DNA of 64,000 nt from a candidate division WOR-3 bacterium (lineage in GTDB: Bacteria > Hydrothermota > Tepidihabitantia > Tepidihabitantales > Tepidihabitantaceae): the NCBI GenBank assembly GCA_013177935.1, contig JABLXZ010000001.1, positions 386,191 through 450,190 on the forward strand, in the 5' to 3' direction. The notes below the pieces were generated by a model. That model saw nothing but the letters and a program-made list of their open reading frames with translations. It searched no databases and was not told the DNA's origin. The position numbers and the translations under genes are program-made. This document shows positions 1-9,038 of this stretch, in pieces. How positions within the stretch are numbered: position 1 is the first letter of the stretch; each line of letters begins with the position of its first letter.

Positions 1-218
1 TCGGCAATTGCTGCGATTGAACCAAATTGTACCAGTAGTTCATGAGCGATGTCACGCACCGGAACTCCGCTGGTACCACGGCTGATCAAGACCGCCAGTA
101 ACTCCTCGCCCGATAATTTATCGGCACCGTAACGCAGCAGTCGTTCGCGTGGTCGTTCAGCAACTGGCAAGTCCCGCATTGTAAATCGTCGACGTTCTGC
201 TCCCGACTCTTTTTTCAT
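1..218 (-). CDS. radC: RadC-like JAB-domain protein (UPF0758), N-terminal part; truncated by the window edge
   Basis: Reverse-strand translation starting at the ATG at 216-218 gives MKKESGAERRRFTMRDLPVAERPRERLLRYGADKLSGEELLAVLISRGTSGVPVRDIAHELLVQFGSIAAIA. This matches the conserved RadC N-terminus (LP..ERPRERLL..G...LSD.ELLAILL..G). The frame stays open to position 1. Confidence 0.65.
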   Translation of the reverse strand, partial: MKKESGAERRRFTMRDLPVAERPRERLLRYGADKLSGEELLAVLISRGTSGVPVRDIAHELLVQFGSIAAIA

Positions 219-745
219 CTAATCACAAACTCCCAGGCACACCAAGCGTCTGCGGGATGCTTATCCGGCGGGCAATAAAGACACCTTGTCTCAATCCGTT
301 CATCAATTGTTTTCGCAAACCACTCATATTCAACAAGTCCTACTGGTTTGCAGGGAAAATCGGGCAATCCCTTACGTTGCCGCGCACTTTGCACCCGGCA
401 GTCATTCATTCGAAACACAACCCGGTCTGGACCTACCTCAAGTACCTCCTGGCGATTGATATAGGCATAAAGACGGTAAGATAGCGCCTTGACGAGCGCT
501 GGAATCCCACCGCCCGGCAAAATCTTATGCCGTTCCATTATTCGTTTTGCTTCAATAACCGTAAACCGGCGCCACGCCTCCCGGTCAAGTTCAATCGCTG
601 CCTCCATGCCGAATTTTGACTCTACCGCCTGAAACCACAACCCGTCGTGCGCCAGCCAGTTTTTTGCCGCGTCCACCAAAAGGTTAATTAACTCCTCTCG
701 GGAAAAACTGTTAAGTTGAGGGAACCGTTCTTCTTTATCTGCCAT
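215..745 (-). CDS. Small hypothetical protein (Cys-rich C-terminus, possibly ATC-hydrolase-like); translationally coupled to radC
   Basis: 176-aa ORF whose stop overlaps the radC start in an ATGA arrangement. No confident family assignment; the resemblance to the small ATC_hydrolase-type family is weak. Confidence 0.45.
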   Translation of the reverse strand: MADKEERFPQLNSFSREELINLLVDAAKNWLAHDGLWFQAVESKFGMEAAIELDREAWRRFTVIEAKRIMERHKILPGGGIPALVKALSYRLYAYINRQEVLEVGPDRVVFRMNDCRVQSARQRKGLPDFPCKPVGLVEYEWFAKTIDERIETRCLYCPPDKHPADAWCAWEFVIR

Positions 746-1307
746 AAATCCCCACTAACCGGGCTTCAGCCCGAATGTGACCGGTCATTGCCTCCTGAAG
801 TTTCCCGACGGAAGCACCAGGCGGTAAATCAAGTATTGTATCAAGCGCGTACAACTGGAAAATGTAACGGTGCGGTTTTCCGGGAGGCGGTTTTGGTCCG
901 TTATAACCGATGCGTTGAAAAGAGTTCACACCCTGCTTTGTTCCATCATCAAGTTGCTCTTTATTTACTACCCCTTCAGGTAACCGACGAACCACACCAG
1001 GAATATTGTAAATCACCCAGTGAACAAATGTGCCAATCGGCGCATCCGGGTCTGAACATATCAGGGCAAAACTCTTTACCCCGTCAGGAACACTATCCCA
1101 TACTAACTCCGGTGAAATGTCTTCACCATCACCGGTATAGCGCACAGGTATTTCAGTTTCTGGGGCAAATGCCGGACTGAAAAGCTGCATCTTCGGTACA
1201 GAACCGGAATCACTTTTTTCTGTTTGGGCTACTTTGGGGGGTGTCTTTGCCCCACCACAACAGCATAAAAACAAACCAATTGCAAACAGCCAGCCAATTA
1301 ATTTCAT
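735..1307 (-). CDS. YbhB/YbcL (PEBP, Raf-kinase-inhibitor-like) family lipoprotein
   Basis: PEBP family motifs: DPDAP, HWVIYNIP, GYNGPKPPPGKPHRYIFQLYALD. Signal peptide with lipobox LFLCCCGG. The ATG at 1305-1307 has an AGGAGG RBS 7 nt upstream; the longer ORF to 1325 would start at TTG. Confidence 0.8.
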   Translation of the reverse strand: MKLIGWLFAIGLFLCCCGGAKTPPKVAQTEKSDSGSVPKMQLFSPAFAPETEIPVRYTGDGEDISPELVWDSVPDGVKSFALICSDPDAPIGTFVHWVIYNIPGVVRRLPEGVVNKEQLDDGTKQGVNSFQRIGYNGPKPPPGKPHRYIFQLYALDTILDLPPGASVGKLQEAMTGHIRAEARLVGIYGR

Positions 1308-1521
1308 ACTATGCCTCCTGTTCAAAGTTATTCACGGAATCGCCTATGTCAAGTTTTGTCCTGCAAATTGACAATTGTTTAACAATAACTAAAATTTACT
1401 ACATAAATAACATAATTATGCAAATTACAGTAACCTTAGCTGATTGGTTAATCACCCCGGAAAGGGCGCTTAATATCAACTTCCTCCCATTGTCAAAGTT
1501 GGGTCAAATATCACTACCGGC

Positions 1522-2751
1522 TTGCTAACACATCTCTTTTCCATCTTTCTTTTTCTTATTCAGTCTCCTACCGATACCATAAAAGTCTGGTTTGCTCAGG
1601 ACAGCATCGGTTTACGCCTTGTTGAATTTTTTAACAGGGCGGCTTCTTCAATAGATTACTGCTGCTATAACTCATCTCGTGCCGATGTTACGCTTGCTTT
1701 AATCAATGCCCATAACCGCGGTGTGCGAATCAGGATAATTACCGATGATTCGAGGCTTAACAACGATTGGGTCGCATACCTGCGTGCCGCCGGCATCACT
1801 GTATGGTCCGATTCAGTTTCTTCTGGACGCTCGGCTTATATGCACAACAAATTTGCCATCCGGGATTTTGCCGATGAAGACTCAACCAACGACATTCTCT
1901 GGGTTGCCTCTTACAATCCCAACCAGAATGAACTCTTCGCCGACTGTGCCCTCGAAATACCAAATAGTGCGCTCTGTGCCGCCTATCTTGCTGAATTCAA
2001 CCAGATGTGGGGCACTACGGAACCAAATCCGGTCCCGGAAAGCGCCCGTTTCCATTCCTCAAAACAGGACCGTTTATCATCCCATCAGTTTCTTATTAAT
2101 GGATATCCGGCATATCTCTACTTCTCACCCCAAAACCGCGTGGTTGATACCATTGCCGCATTTGCCGGGCGTGCCCGCAGTGAAATATTTTTCGCCATCA
2201 ACTCATTTACCTATGACCCGCTCGGTGACACATTGATTGCCCTCTGGAATCGTGGAATGACCGTTGCCGGCACCATTGACAAAGCCGGTGCTAATGACCC
2301 GGCTTCGGAGTATCCACGACTTCGTAATTGGCATATCCCGATTCTTGTTGACTCAGTCCCCTTTGGCAACGGTATCCTGCACGAGAAGATTATGCTCATT
2401 GACTCAAACTTAGTCATCACCAGTTCTGCCAACTGGTCTCAAAACGCCAACTTCAACAACGATGAAAATACCCTAATTTTGACCAACCCGGTGGTTACAG
2501 AACGCTTCCGCAATGAGATTCTTACCCGCTATCTTGAAGCCAACGGTACCTACCCTCCGGCGATTTTTGAGCCACCGGGGTTCAATCCGATGCAGAAAAC
2601 TCTTACCAATCTACACCGCGGCTCACTATTTTTTACCGGTGAGTTCTACGACGCCACAGGCCGAAAAGTTGTTAAAGGCAAACCGTTTTCCAGCGGTGTT
2701 TTCTTTCAAATCGAAAATGGCAAACCCATCCGGTTCATCTTCATAAAGTAG
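1522..2751 (+). CDS. Secreted phospholipase D (PLD)/nuclease-family (HKD) protein with a T9SS-type C-terminal sorting domain
   Basis: Two HKD motifs (HNKFAIRD and HEKIMLID). Hydrophobic N-terminus. The C-terminus GEFYDATGRKVVKGKPFSSGVFFQIENGKPIRFIFIK resembles Por/T9SS C-terminal domains. Confidence 0.7.
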   Translation: MLTHLFSIFLFLIQSPTDTIKVWFAQDSIGLRLVEFFNRAASSIDYCCYNSSRADVTLALINAHNRGVRIRIITDDSRLNNDWVAYLRAAGITVWSDSVSSGRSAYMHNKFAIRDFADEDSTNDILWVASYNPNQNELFADCALEIPNSALCAAYLAEFNQMWGTTEPNPVPESARFHSSKQDRLSSHQFLINGYPAYLYFSPQNRVVDTIAAFAGRARSEIFFAINSFTYDPLGDTLIALWNRGMTVAGTIDKAGANDPASEYPRLRNWHIPILVDSVPFGNGILHEKIMLIDSNLVITSSANWSQNANFNNDENTLILTNPVVTERFRNEILTRYLEANGTYPPAIFEPPGFNPMQKTLTNLHRGSLFFTGEFYDATGRKVVKGKPFSSGVFFQIENGKPIRFIFIK

Positions 2752-2828
2752 CACGCCTGATTTGACACAGCAGACAGTTTTTAGTTAAATAACTATCTGA
2801 GGTCCTCGCAAGAAGGTATAAATTTTAA

Positions 2829-4550
2829 ATGAACAGCGAACTACTACTCGGTGATGAAGCGGTTGCCCGCGGTGCTTGGGAAGCGGGTTGCTCGGTCGCC
2901 GCTGCCTACCCCGGAACACCTTCAACCGAAATCCTTGAAGCCCTTGCCCGATATCAAGATGTCTATTGCGAATGGTCAGTAAATGAAAAGGTGGCACTGG
3001 AGGTAGCGCTGGGAGCAGCACATGCCGGGGTACGGAGTCTGGCAGCAATGAAGCATGTTGGATTGAATGTTGCTGCTGACCCATTGTTCTCAGCGGCTTA
3101 CATTGGGGTGAATGCCGGTCTGGTTATTGTTACCGCCGATGACCCGGGTCTTCACTCGTCACAGAATGAACAGGATAACCGTTTTTACGCGCTCGCGGCA
3201 AAAATCCCCCTGCTCTGTCCTTCAGACAGTCAGGAGGCAAAAGATTTTACAAAACTGGCGTTTGACCTATCAGAAGAGTACGACATACCAGTCTTACTTC
3301 GGCTTACAACCCGAATTGCCCACTCCTGTTCAATAGTAACTCTTGAACCCCGTATCGATAAAAAACCGCGCGGCTACGAAAAACAGCTTTCCAAAACCAC
3401 CTTACTGCCGGTTTTTGCCCGGGTGCGACACATCGACCTGGAAAAGCGTCTGGTGCGTTTGCAGGATTACGCCGAAAAATCACCGCTCAACCGGGTCGAG
3501 CTCGGTAATGCTAACCTCGGGATAATCTGCGATGGTGTCGCCTATCAATACGCCCGGGAGGTTTTCCCGGACGCATCATTTCTTAAATTAGGACTCGTTT
3601 ACCCTTTCCCCCGTAACTTGGTACTTAACTTTGCCCAAAAAGTAAAAGAACTGATTGTTATTGAGGAAGTCGACCCATTTATCGAACTACAAACCCGCGC
3701 CCTCGGCTTGCAAGTCAAGGGCAAAGACCAGCTACCGCGCTGGGGTGAACTCAACTCGGGTATTATCCGCACCGCCCTTGCCGATAAGAAGGTGGAAAAA
3801 TCGCAGCCGGAAGAGGAAATTCCTAATCGTCCGCCTGCGCTCTGCCCGGGCTGTCCTCATCTGGGACTTTTCTACGCCCTGCAGAAACAGAAAGCAATCA
3901 TCGCGGGCGACATTGGCTGTTACACGCTCGGCGCACTACCACCCCACAGCGCAATGGACACCTGTATTGATATGGGTGCCTCAATTACTTTTGCCCATGG
4001 TGCCGACAAAGCTCTTGGTAAATCTGACCCCAGACCGCGCATCGCCCTTCTTGGCGACTCCACTTTCTTTCACTCTGGCATCACCGGATTGATTAACACC
4101 ACTTACAACAAATCCAATGTCATAACAATTATCACCGATAACCGAACTACCGGAATGACTGGACACCAGGACCATCCTGGAACCGGCAAAACATTAAAAG
4201 GCGAACAAACTCAACCGATTGACCTTGAACTACTCTGCCGTGCCTGCGGAGTCGAGCAGGTAATTCGTGTTGACCCTTACCACCCGCAGGAAACCAAGAA
4301 GACAATTCAAAACCTACTAAAAGAAAATAAAAGAGCGGTTGTCATTTCGCAAAGAGCCTGCGCTCTCCTTGTTGGCAAACAGGGTGACCCCAAAAAGGTA
4401 AACAAGGAAAAGTGCATTGGTTGTCGCGCCTGCCTTGCCCTGGGCTGTCCGGCAATCTCCTTTGCCGACAACAAAGCGTTTATCATCGCTACCGCCTGCA
4501 CCGGCTGCGCGATGTGTGTTGAAATCTGCCCCAAGGAGGCGATTGAATGA
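2829..4550 (+). CDS. iorA: Indolepyruvate:ferredoxin oxidoreductase alpha subunit
   Basis: N-terminus LLLGDEAVARGAWEAGCSVAAAYPGTPSTEILEAL is the IorA signature. The C-terminus has two 4Fe-4S ferredoxin motifs (CIGCRACLALGCP, CTGCAMCVEICP). Confidence 0.9.
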   Translation: MNSELLLGDEAVARGAWEAGCSVAAAYPGTPSTEILEALARYQDVYCEWSVNEKVALEVALGAAHAGVRSLAAMKHVGLNVAADPLFSAAYIGVNAGLVIVTADDPGLHSSQNEQDNRFYALAAKIPLLCPSDSQEAKDFTKLAFDLSEEYDIPVLLRLTTRIAHSCSIVTLEPRIDKKPRGYEKQLSKTTLLPVFARVRHIDLEKRLVRLQDYAEKSPLNRVELGNANLGIICDGVAYQYAREVFPDASFLKLGLVYPFPRNLVLNFAQKVKELIVIEEVDPFIELQTRALGLQVKGKDQLPRWGELNSGIIRTALADKKVEKSQPEEEIPNRPPALCPGCPHLGLFYALQKQKAIIAGDIGCYTLGALPPHSAMDTCIDMGASITFAHGADKALGKSDPRPRIALLGDSTFFHSGITGLINTTYNKSNVITIITDNRTTGMTGHQDHPGTGKTLKGEQTQPIDLELLCRACGVEQVIRVDPYHPQETKKTIQNLLKENKRAVVISQRACALLVGKQGDPKKVNKEKCIGCRACLALGCPAISFADNKAFIIATACTGCAMCVEICPKEAIE

Positions 4551-5143
4551 ACATTCTTGTCTGCGGCGTTGGCGGGCAGGGGGTTTTACTCTTCTCTGAC
4601 ATCCTATCTCACATCGCCCTTATGGCGAAACTTGATGTCAAAAAAAGCGAGGTCCACGGGATGGCACAGAGAGGTGGTAGTGTTACCAGCCATATCCGCT
4701 GGAGTGGAAAAGTTTATTCACCCCTGATTGAAGAAGGCACTGCTGACATCATCATCGCATTTGAAAAATTAGAAGCGCTGCGGTATATTCACTTCCTATC
4801 CCCATCGGGAAGTTTAATCTATGACCCCCTGCGGATTGAGCCTTTACCGGTTCTAATCGGAACGGTAGAAAAAATGCCCGATTCCCTTCTTGACGAACGC
4901 ATCAATATTCGGGCACCGAAAAACTATCCGGTTCCGGCTTTTGAAGTTGCCTGCAAACTGGGCAACCCCCGGTTGCAAAATACGGTTATGCTTGGTGCCG
5001 TATCCCGCTTTTTCGAATTTCCTTCAAACCTTTACCGTCAGGTTATCAGTACTCTGGTCAAACCCCAATTGGTTGAGTTAAACTTAAAAGCATTCGCGGC
5101 GGGACTGGAACTAATCCCGCCGCTAAATGACCGATTGCAATAA
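4547..5143 (+). CDS. iorB: Indolepyruvate:ferredoxin oxidoreductase beta subunit
   Basis: MNILVCGVGGQGVLLFSDIL...GMAQRGGSV is the IorB/pyruvate-ferredoxin gamma-like signature. ATGA overlap with iorA. Confidence 0.85.
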   Translation: MNILVCGVGGQGVLLFSDILSHIALMAKLDVKKSEVHGMAQRGGSVTSHIRWSGKVYSPLIEEGTADIIIAFEKLEALRYIHFLSPSGSLIYDPLRIEPLPVLIGTVEKMPDSLLDERINIRAPKNYPVPAFEVACKLGNPRLQNTVMLGAVSRFFEFPSNLYRQVISTLVKPQLVELNLKAFAAGLELIPPLNDRLQ

Positions 5144-5157
5144 ACTTCTGTTAACCG

Positions 5158-5883
5158 TTACCAGCGGTAGTCGATGTCGAGGTTAAAGGCGTCGAGTACT
5201 CCTTCTTCACCTGCTACCTCACGGATAATCTTCAAACGCCAGTTGCCTTTTACCGGTTCATCTGCAAGACCCGGAATCAACTCACCGTCAACCTCCAGCG
5301 GACTTACACGGTTGTCCCAGAAAAGAACTTCCCGGCCCGAAGGCGTCACGAGGCGCATCTCAAAAAACTCACCGTCCAGCGTATCGGGGTCAAATTCAAC
5401 TGTAACCCAGACCGACTCGGCAAGGGCGCCTTGAGGAACTTCATTAGAGAGGTCAAGACTGACTTCAACCGAACCGGGATTGGGTATCGACACTGGACCG
5501 TCAAAGGTCTCGTCAACATTTCCAATGCGCCACGCCCGGACATTCAAGGTTTTCGTTTCTGTGTCCGTTTCTCCTTTACCGTCATCGCATACCACTGTAA
5601 CCGTTGCACTGCCGGGTGAATTTGGAGCCGTCCACAAAACACTATCTCCGGTTGTGCTGGAAAGTGTTCCGGCAGAGGCCGTCCAGGTAAAGGTTAGCGG
5701 GTCGTCATCGGCATCGCTGGCATAAACTTTCAACAATACGACTCCACCCGGAGTTGCCGTGTCTGATGGACTGGCAGTAATAGAAGCAATCATCGGTTTA
5801 TTATTGCTATCGCATCCTGTTGTGATGAGAACTGCGGCAAAGATTAATGCGCTCAGAGCGACCGCGCATCTACTATGAAACAT
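5158..5883 (-). CDS. Hypothetical lipoprotein with an Ig/PKD-like domain and a proprotein-convertase P-domain-like C-terminal half
   Basis: Signal peptide plus lipobox (LITTGCDS). Beta-rich, with a YASDADDDPLTFTW PKD-like motif. The C-terminal 110 aa resemble P-domains. Confidence 0.5.
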   Translation of the reverse strand: MFHSRCAVALSALIFAAVLITTGCDSNNKPMIASITASPSDTATPGGVVLLKVYASDADDDPLTFTWTASAGTLSSTTGDSVLWTAPNSPGSATVTVVCDDGKGETDTETKTLNVRAWRIGNVDETFDGPVSIPNPGSVEVSLDLSNEVPQGALAESVWVTVEFDPDTLDGEFFEMRLVTPSGREVLFWDNRVSPLEVDGELIPGLADEPVKGNWRLKIIREVAGEEGVLDAFNLDIDYRW

Positions 5884-6324
5884 TCCTCCCTCCTTTTCTA
5901 TTTATCTACTCCCTTTGACCGCCGAGACAACTAATTATACCATTAGACCTGCTAATGTCAACAAAATAACAAGTTGAATTCATACCCATTTCCTGTAAAA
6001 ATCAACCCGATAGACGGCGTTCCTATTAATTTCCCATACTATTCCCGATACTACCCCGGGGTTCGGCAGGGAAAATCGGGCTAATACAGTATAACCATCA
6101 AGATTGCAACTGGTTATGTAAAAATCGCCTAACTGTCTCGTTATACTTTAAAGTATACAATTCCCACGCATTATCAAAATCCTGTTTTCCCCTTCTTTCT
6201 GATATCTGGATTTTCACCTTATAATATAAAGACTCGCGCCTATTTATTCTGATAAGCCAGTATTAGATAACAAATCTTGAAACTTCTTTTATGTAATATT
6301 GACTTTGGTTAGAATACATTTAAA

Positions 6325-7185
6325 ATGTTAATTCTAATGGACTTTGGCAGATTTAAGCTTTACCCCCTTTGTGATGGGTTCTTTGGTCTGGATGGGGGTG
6401 CAATGTTTGGTGTCGTACCGAAACCTCTCTGGGAAAAAGACCACCCCCCGGATGAACGGAATCGAATAAAACTTGCCCTGCGGCCTCTTCTCGTTGCAAC
6501 TGGAAAAGAACTTATACTCATCGACACCGGGATTGGAGACAAATACGACGCCAGTTTTGCGGAACGGTATCGCATCGAGAAAACCGACTCATTGCTGTCC
6601 GGTCTTGCCCGTCTCGGTTTTAAACCCGAAGACATTACAACGGTAGTCCTTACCCATCTGCACTTTGACCATTGTGGTGGCTCAACCCGAATAAAAGACG
6701 GCAAACTGGTCCCGACTTTTCCCCACGCCCGCTACATCGTTCAGCATACCGAATGGAACGATGCAATCCAGCCCAATCGTCGCTCCCGTGCCTCCTATCT
6801 GGGAGAAAATTTCTTGCCGTTAAAAGAAACCGACCAGCTTGAGTTAATCAGTGGCTCAACCGAAATTTATCCCGGGATTGAGTTGATTCACACCGGGGGT
6901 CACACCAGAGGTATGCAGCTGGTTAAAATCACTGATGAAAATAAAACCGCTATTTTCTGGTCCGATATGATTCCCACTAAAAGCCACATTCCGGTGCCCT
7001 ACATTATGGGCTACGACCTGTTTCCGCTTGACTCAATGGACCAGAAAGAAAAACTTTTGAATCAGGCGGTTAACGGTAACTGGTTCTCGATCTTTGAACA
7101 CGACACAGACAACATAATTGGAAAAATTACCTTTAAGGATGGCAAGTATCACTTTGAACAAATCAAGGAGGATGAAAATTTATGA
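6325..7185 (+). CDS. Metallo-beta-lactamase (MBL)-fold metallo-hydrolase
   Basis: HxHxDH motif (VVLTHLHFDHCGG) and downstream His/Asp ligands. First gene of a three-gene unit joined by ATGA overlaps. Confidence 0.8.
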   Translation: MLILMDFGRFKLYPLCDGFFGLDGGAMFGVVPKPLWEKDHPPDERNRIKLALRPLLVATGKELILIDTGIGDKYDASFAERYRIEKTDSLLSGLARLGFKPEDITTVVLTHLHFDHCGGSTRIKDGKLVPTFPHARYIVQHTEWNDAIQPNRRSRASYLGENFLPLKETDQLELISGSTEIYPGIELIHTGGHTRGMQLVKITDENKTAIFWSDMIPTKSHIPVPYIMGYDLFPLDSMDQKEKLLNQAVNGNWFSIFEHDTDNIIGKITFKDGKYHFEQIKEDENL

Positions 7186-9038
7186 CAGCAAACAACTGGC
7201 AGATGAGATTTAAGGAAAAAATCAAAACCCCGGAACAGGCATTAGAAGTTGTCCAGCCCGGGGACCGGATATTCATCGGCTCGGCTTGTGGCACACCCCA
7301 GAAACTGGTTAGGGCACTTGCCGACCGTCCGGTGGAAGATGTTGAGGTAACTCATATTTTAACACTGGGTGTTGCCCCCTATGCCGAAGAAGCGCTCGCC
7401 GCGCGCTATCGGGCAAACTCCTTCTTCATCAGCGCCAATGTCCGGGAAGCGGTGCAAAAAGGCAGAGCCGACTACACTCCAATATTTCTTTCCGAACTAC
7501 CGCGCCTGTTACGCTCGGGCCGCCTACCGATTGATGTTGCCTTGATTCAGGTTACCCCACCCGATGAGCACGGCTTTTGCAGTCTTGGGGTTTCGGTCGA
7601 CATCACAAAACCCGCCGCCGAGGTCGCAAAATATGTTATTGCCGAAGTGAACCCACAAATGCCTCGGACCCTGGGCGACAGTTTCATTCACATCTCCCAG
7701 ATTCATTCCATTGTTGAAAACGATGCACCGATATATGAGTTTACCACCCCTGGACCCAGCGAAGTTGCTCAGCGTATTGCAAAAAATGTTGCCGAACTCA
7801 TACCCGATGGCGCGACGATTCAAATCGGCTACGGCGGCATTCCCAATGCCCTCCTTTACTACCTGAAAGACAAAAAAGACCTTGGCGTCCATACCGAAGT
7901 TTTCTCTGATGGCATTATCGATTTAATTGAAAGCGGTGTCATCACCAATCGCAAGAAAACTCTGCACCCCGGAAAGGTTGTTGCCTCTTTTGCGATGGGC
8001 TCACAGCGCCTTTACCAATACATTGACAACAACCCAAGGTTCGAGTTTCATCCAGTAGACTATACCAACGATCCATTTGTCATCGCCCAGAACGACAAAA
8101 TGGTGTCAATCAACTCGGCACTTGAGATTGATTTAACCGGTCAGGTGTGTGCTGACTCCATCGGCTCCCTTTTCTATTCCGGTATTGGAGGACAACTGGA
8201 CTTTGTCCGTGGTGCGGCGCGTGCCAAAGATGGAAAGCCGATTATCGTCTTAAAATCAACCCGGGACAACGACCGTTTTTCCCGCATTGTTCCGGTGCTC
8301 TCGGAAGGTGCCGGTGTTGTCACATCGCGCGGTGATGTCCACTATGTCGTAACCGAATGGGGTGTTGCCTATCTCCACGGCAAATCAATCCGGGAACGTG
8401 CCCTTGCCCTGATATCGATTGCCCATCCGAAATTCCGCGCCGAACTGCTAAAACAGGCAAAGCAGCGAAACTTCGTCTATCAGGACCAACCCGAAGACGC
8501 CCTTGTTTCAGCGCGCTACCCCGAAGAGTTTGAAACTAAAGTGCGCCTGCCGAATGGCGAAACTATCCTGATTCGGCCCATTAAACCAACCGACGAACCG
8601 GCAATGCGTGAACTCTTCTACTCATTCTCCCGGGACACAGTTTTCTACCGCTACTTTAGCTACATCAAGGCGATGCCGCACGAGAAACTGACCAGATTCG
8701 TCAATATCGATTACGAAAAGGAGATGGCACTGGTTGCGGTACTGCGCCGAAATGGCGAAGAGCAAATTGTTGGTTCGACCCGATACTATGTTGACCCCTC
8801 GACTGGACTTGCTGAATTTGCCATAGAAATTCAGGACGAATTTCAGAACAAGGGCATTGGAACCGCTCTTTTCAACCACCTGATTCGCATCGCCCGGATA
8901 AAAGGTGTCAAAGGGTTTGTTGGTTATGTTCTGGACTCCAACACCAGGGCTTATCGGCTTGTTACCAAAACCGGCTTCCCGCTTGAAACCAAATGGGAAG
9001 ACGGCGTTTACACCTTAACTTTGAGGTTTGAAAAATGA
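7182..9038 (+). CDS. Bifunctional acetyl-CoA hydrolase/transferase-family protein fused to a C-terminal GNAT acetyltransferase (Pat-type GNAT)
   Basis: The N-terminal ~440 aa match the CoA-transferase family (4-hydroxybutyrate/succinyl-CoA:acetate CoA-transferase-like). The C-terminal ~175 aa are a GNAT domain with the Pat/AcuA-like motif IRPIKPTDEPAMRELFYSFS..YRYFS..MPHEKLTRF..DYEKEMALVAV. Confidence 0.8.
   Translation: MTANNWQMRFKEKIKTPEQALEVVQPGDRIFIGSACGTPQKLVRALADRPVEDVEVTHILTLGVAPYAEEALAARYRANSFFISANVREAVQKGRADYTPIFLSELPRLLRSGRLPIDVALIQVTPPDEHGFCSLGVSVDITKPAAEVAKYVIAEVNPQMPRTLGDSFIHISQIHSIVENDAPIYEFTTPGPSEVAQRIAKNVAELIPDGATIQIGYGGIPNALLYYLKDKKDLGVHTEVFSDGIIDLIESGVITNRKKTLHPGKVVASFAMGSQRLYQYIDNNPRFEFHPVDYTNDPFVIAQNDKMVSINSALEIDLTGQVCADSIGSLFYSGIGGQLDFVRGAARAKDGKPIIVLKSTRDNDRFSRIVPVLSEGAGVVTSRGDVHYVVTEWGVAYLHGKSIRERALALISIAHPKFRAELLKQAKQRNFVYQDQPEDALVSARYPEEFETKVRLPNGETILIRPIKPTDEPAMRELFYSFSRDTVFYRYFSYIKAMPHEKLTRFVNIDYEKEMALVAVLRRNGEEQIVGSTRYYVDPSTGLAEFAIEIQDEFQNKGIGTALFNHLIRIARIKGVKGFVGYVLDSNTRAYRLVTKTGFPLETKWEDGVYTLTLRFEK

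Noticed and set aside
1241-1528. 95-aa ORF in the divergent promoter region between the PEBP lipoprotein and the PLD gene
   Set aside because: AT-rich promoter DNA. The translation is low-complexity (Ile/Asn/Leu rich) and overlaps the PLD gene start.
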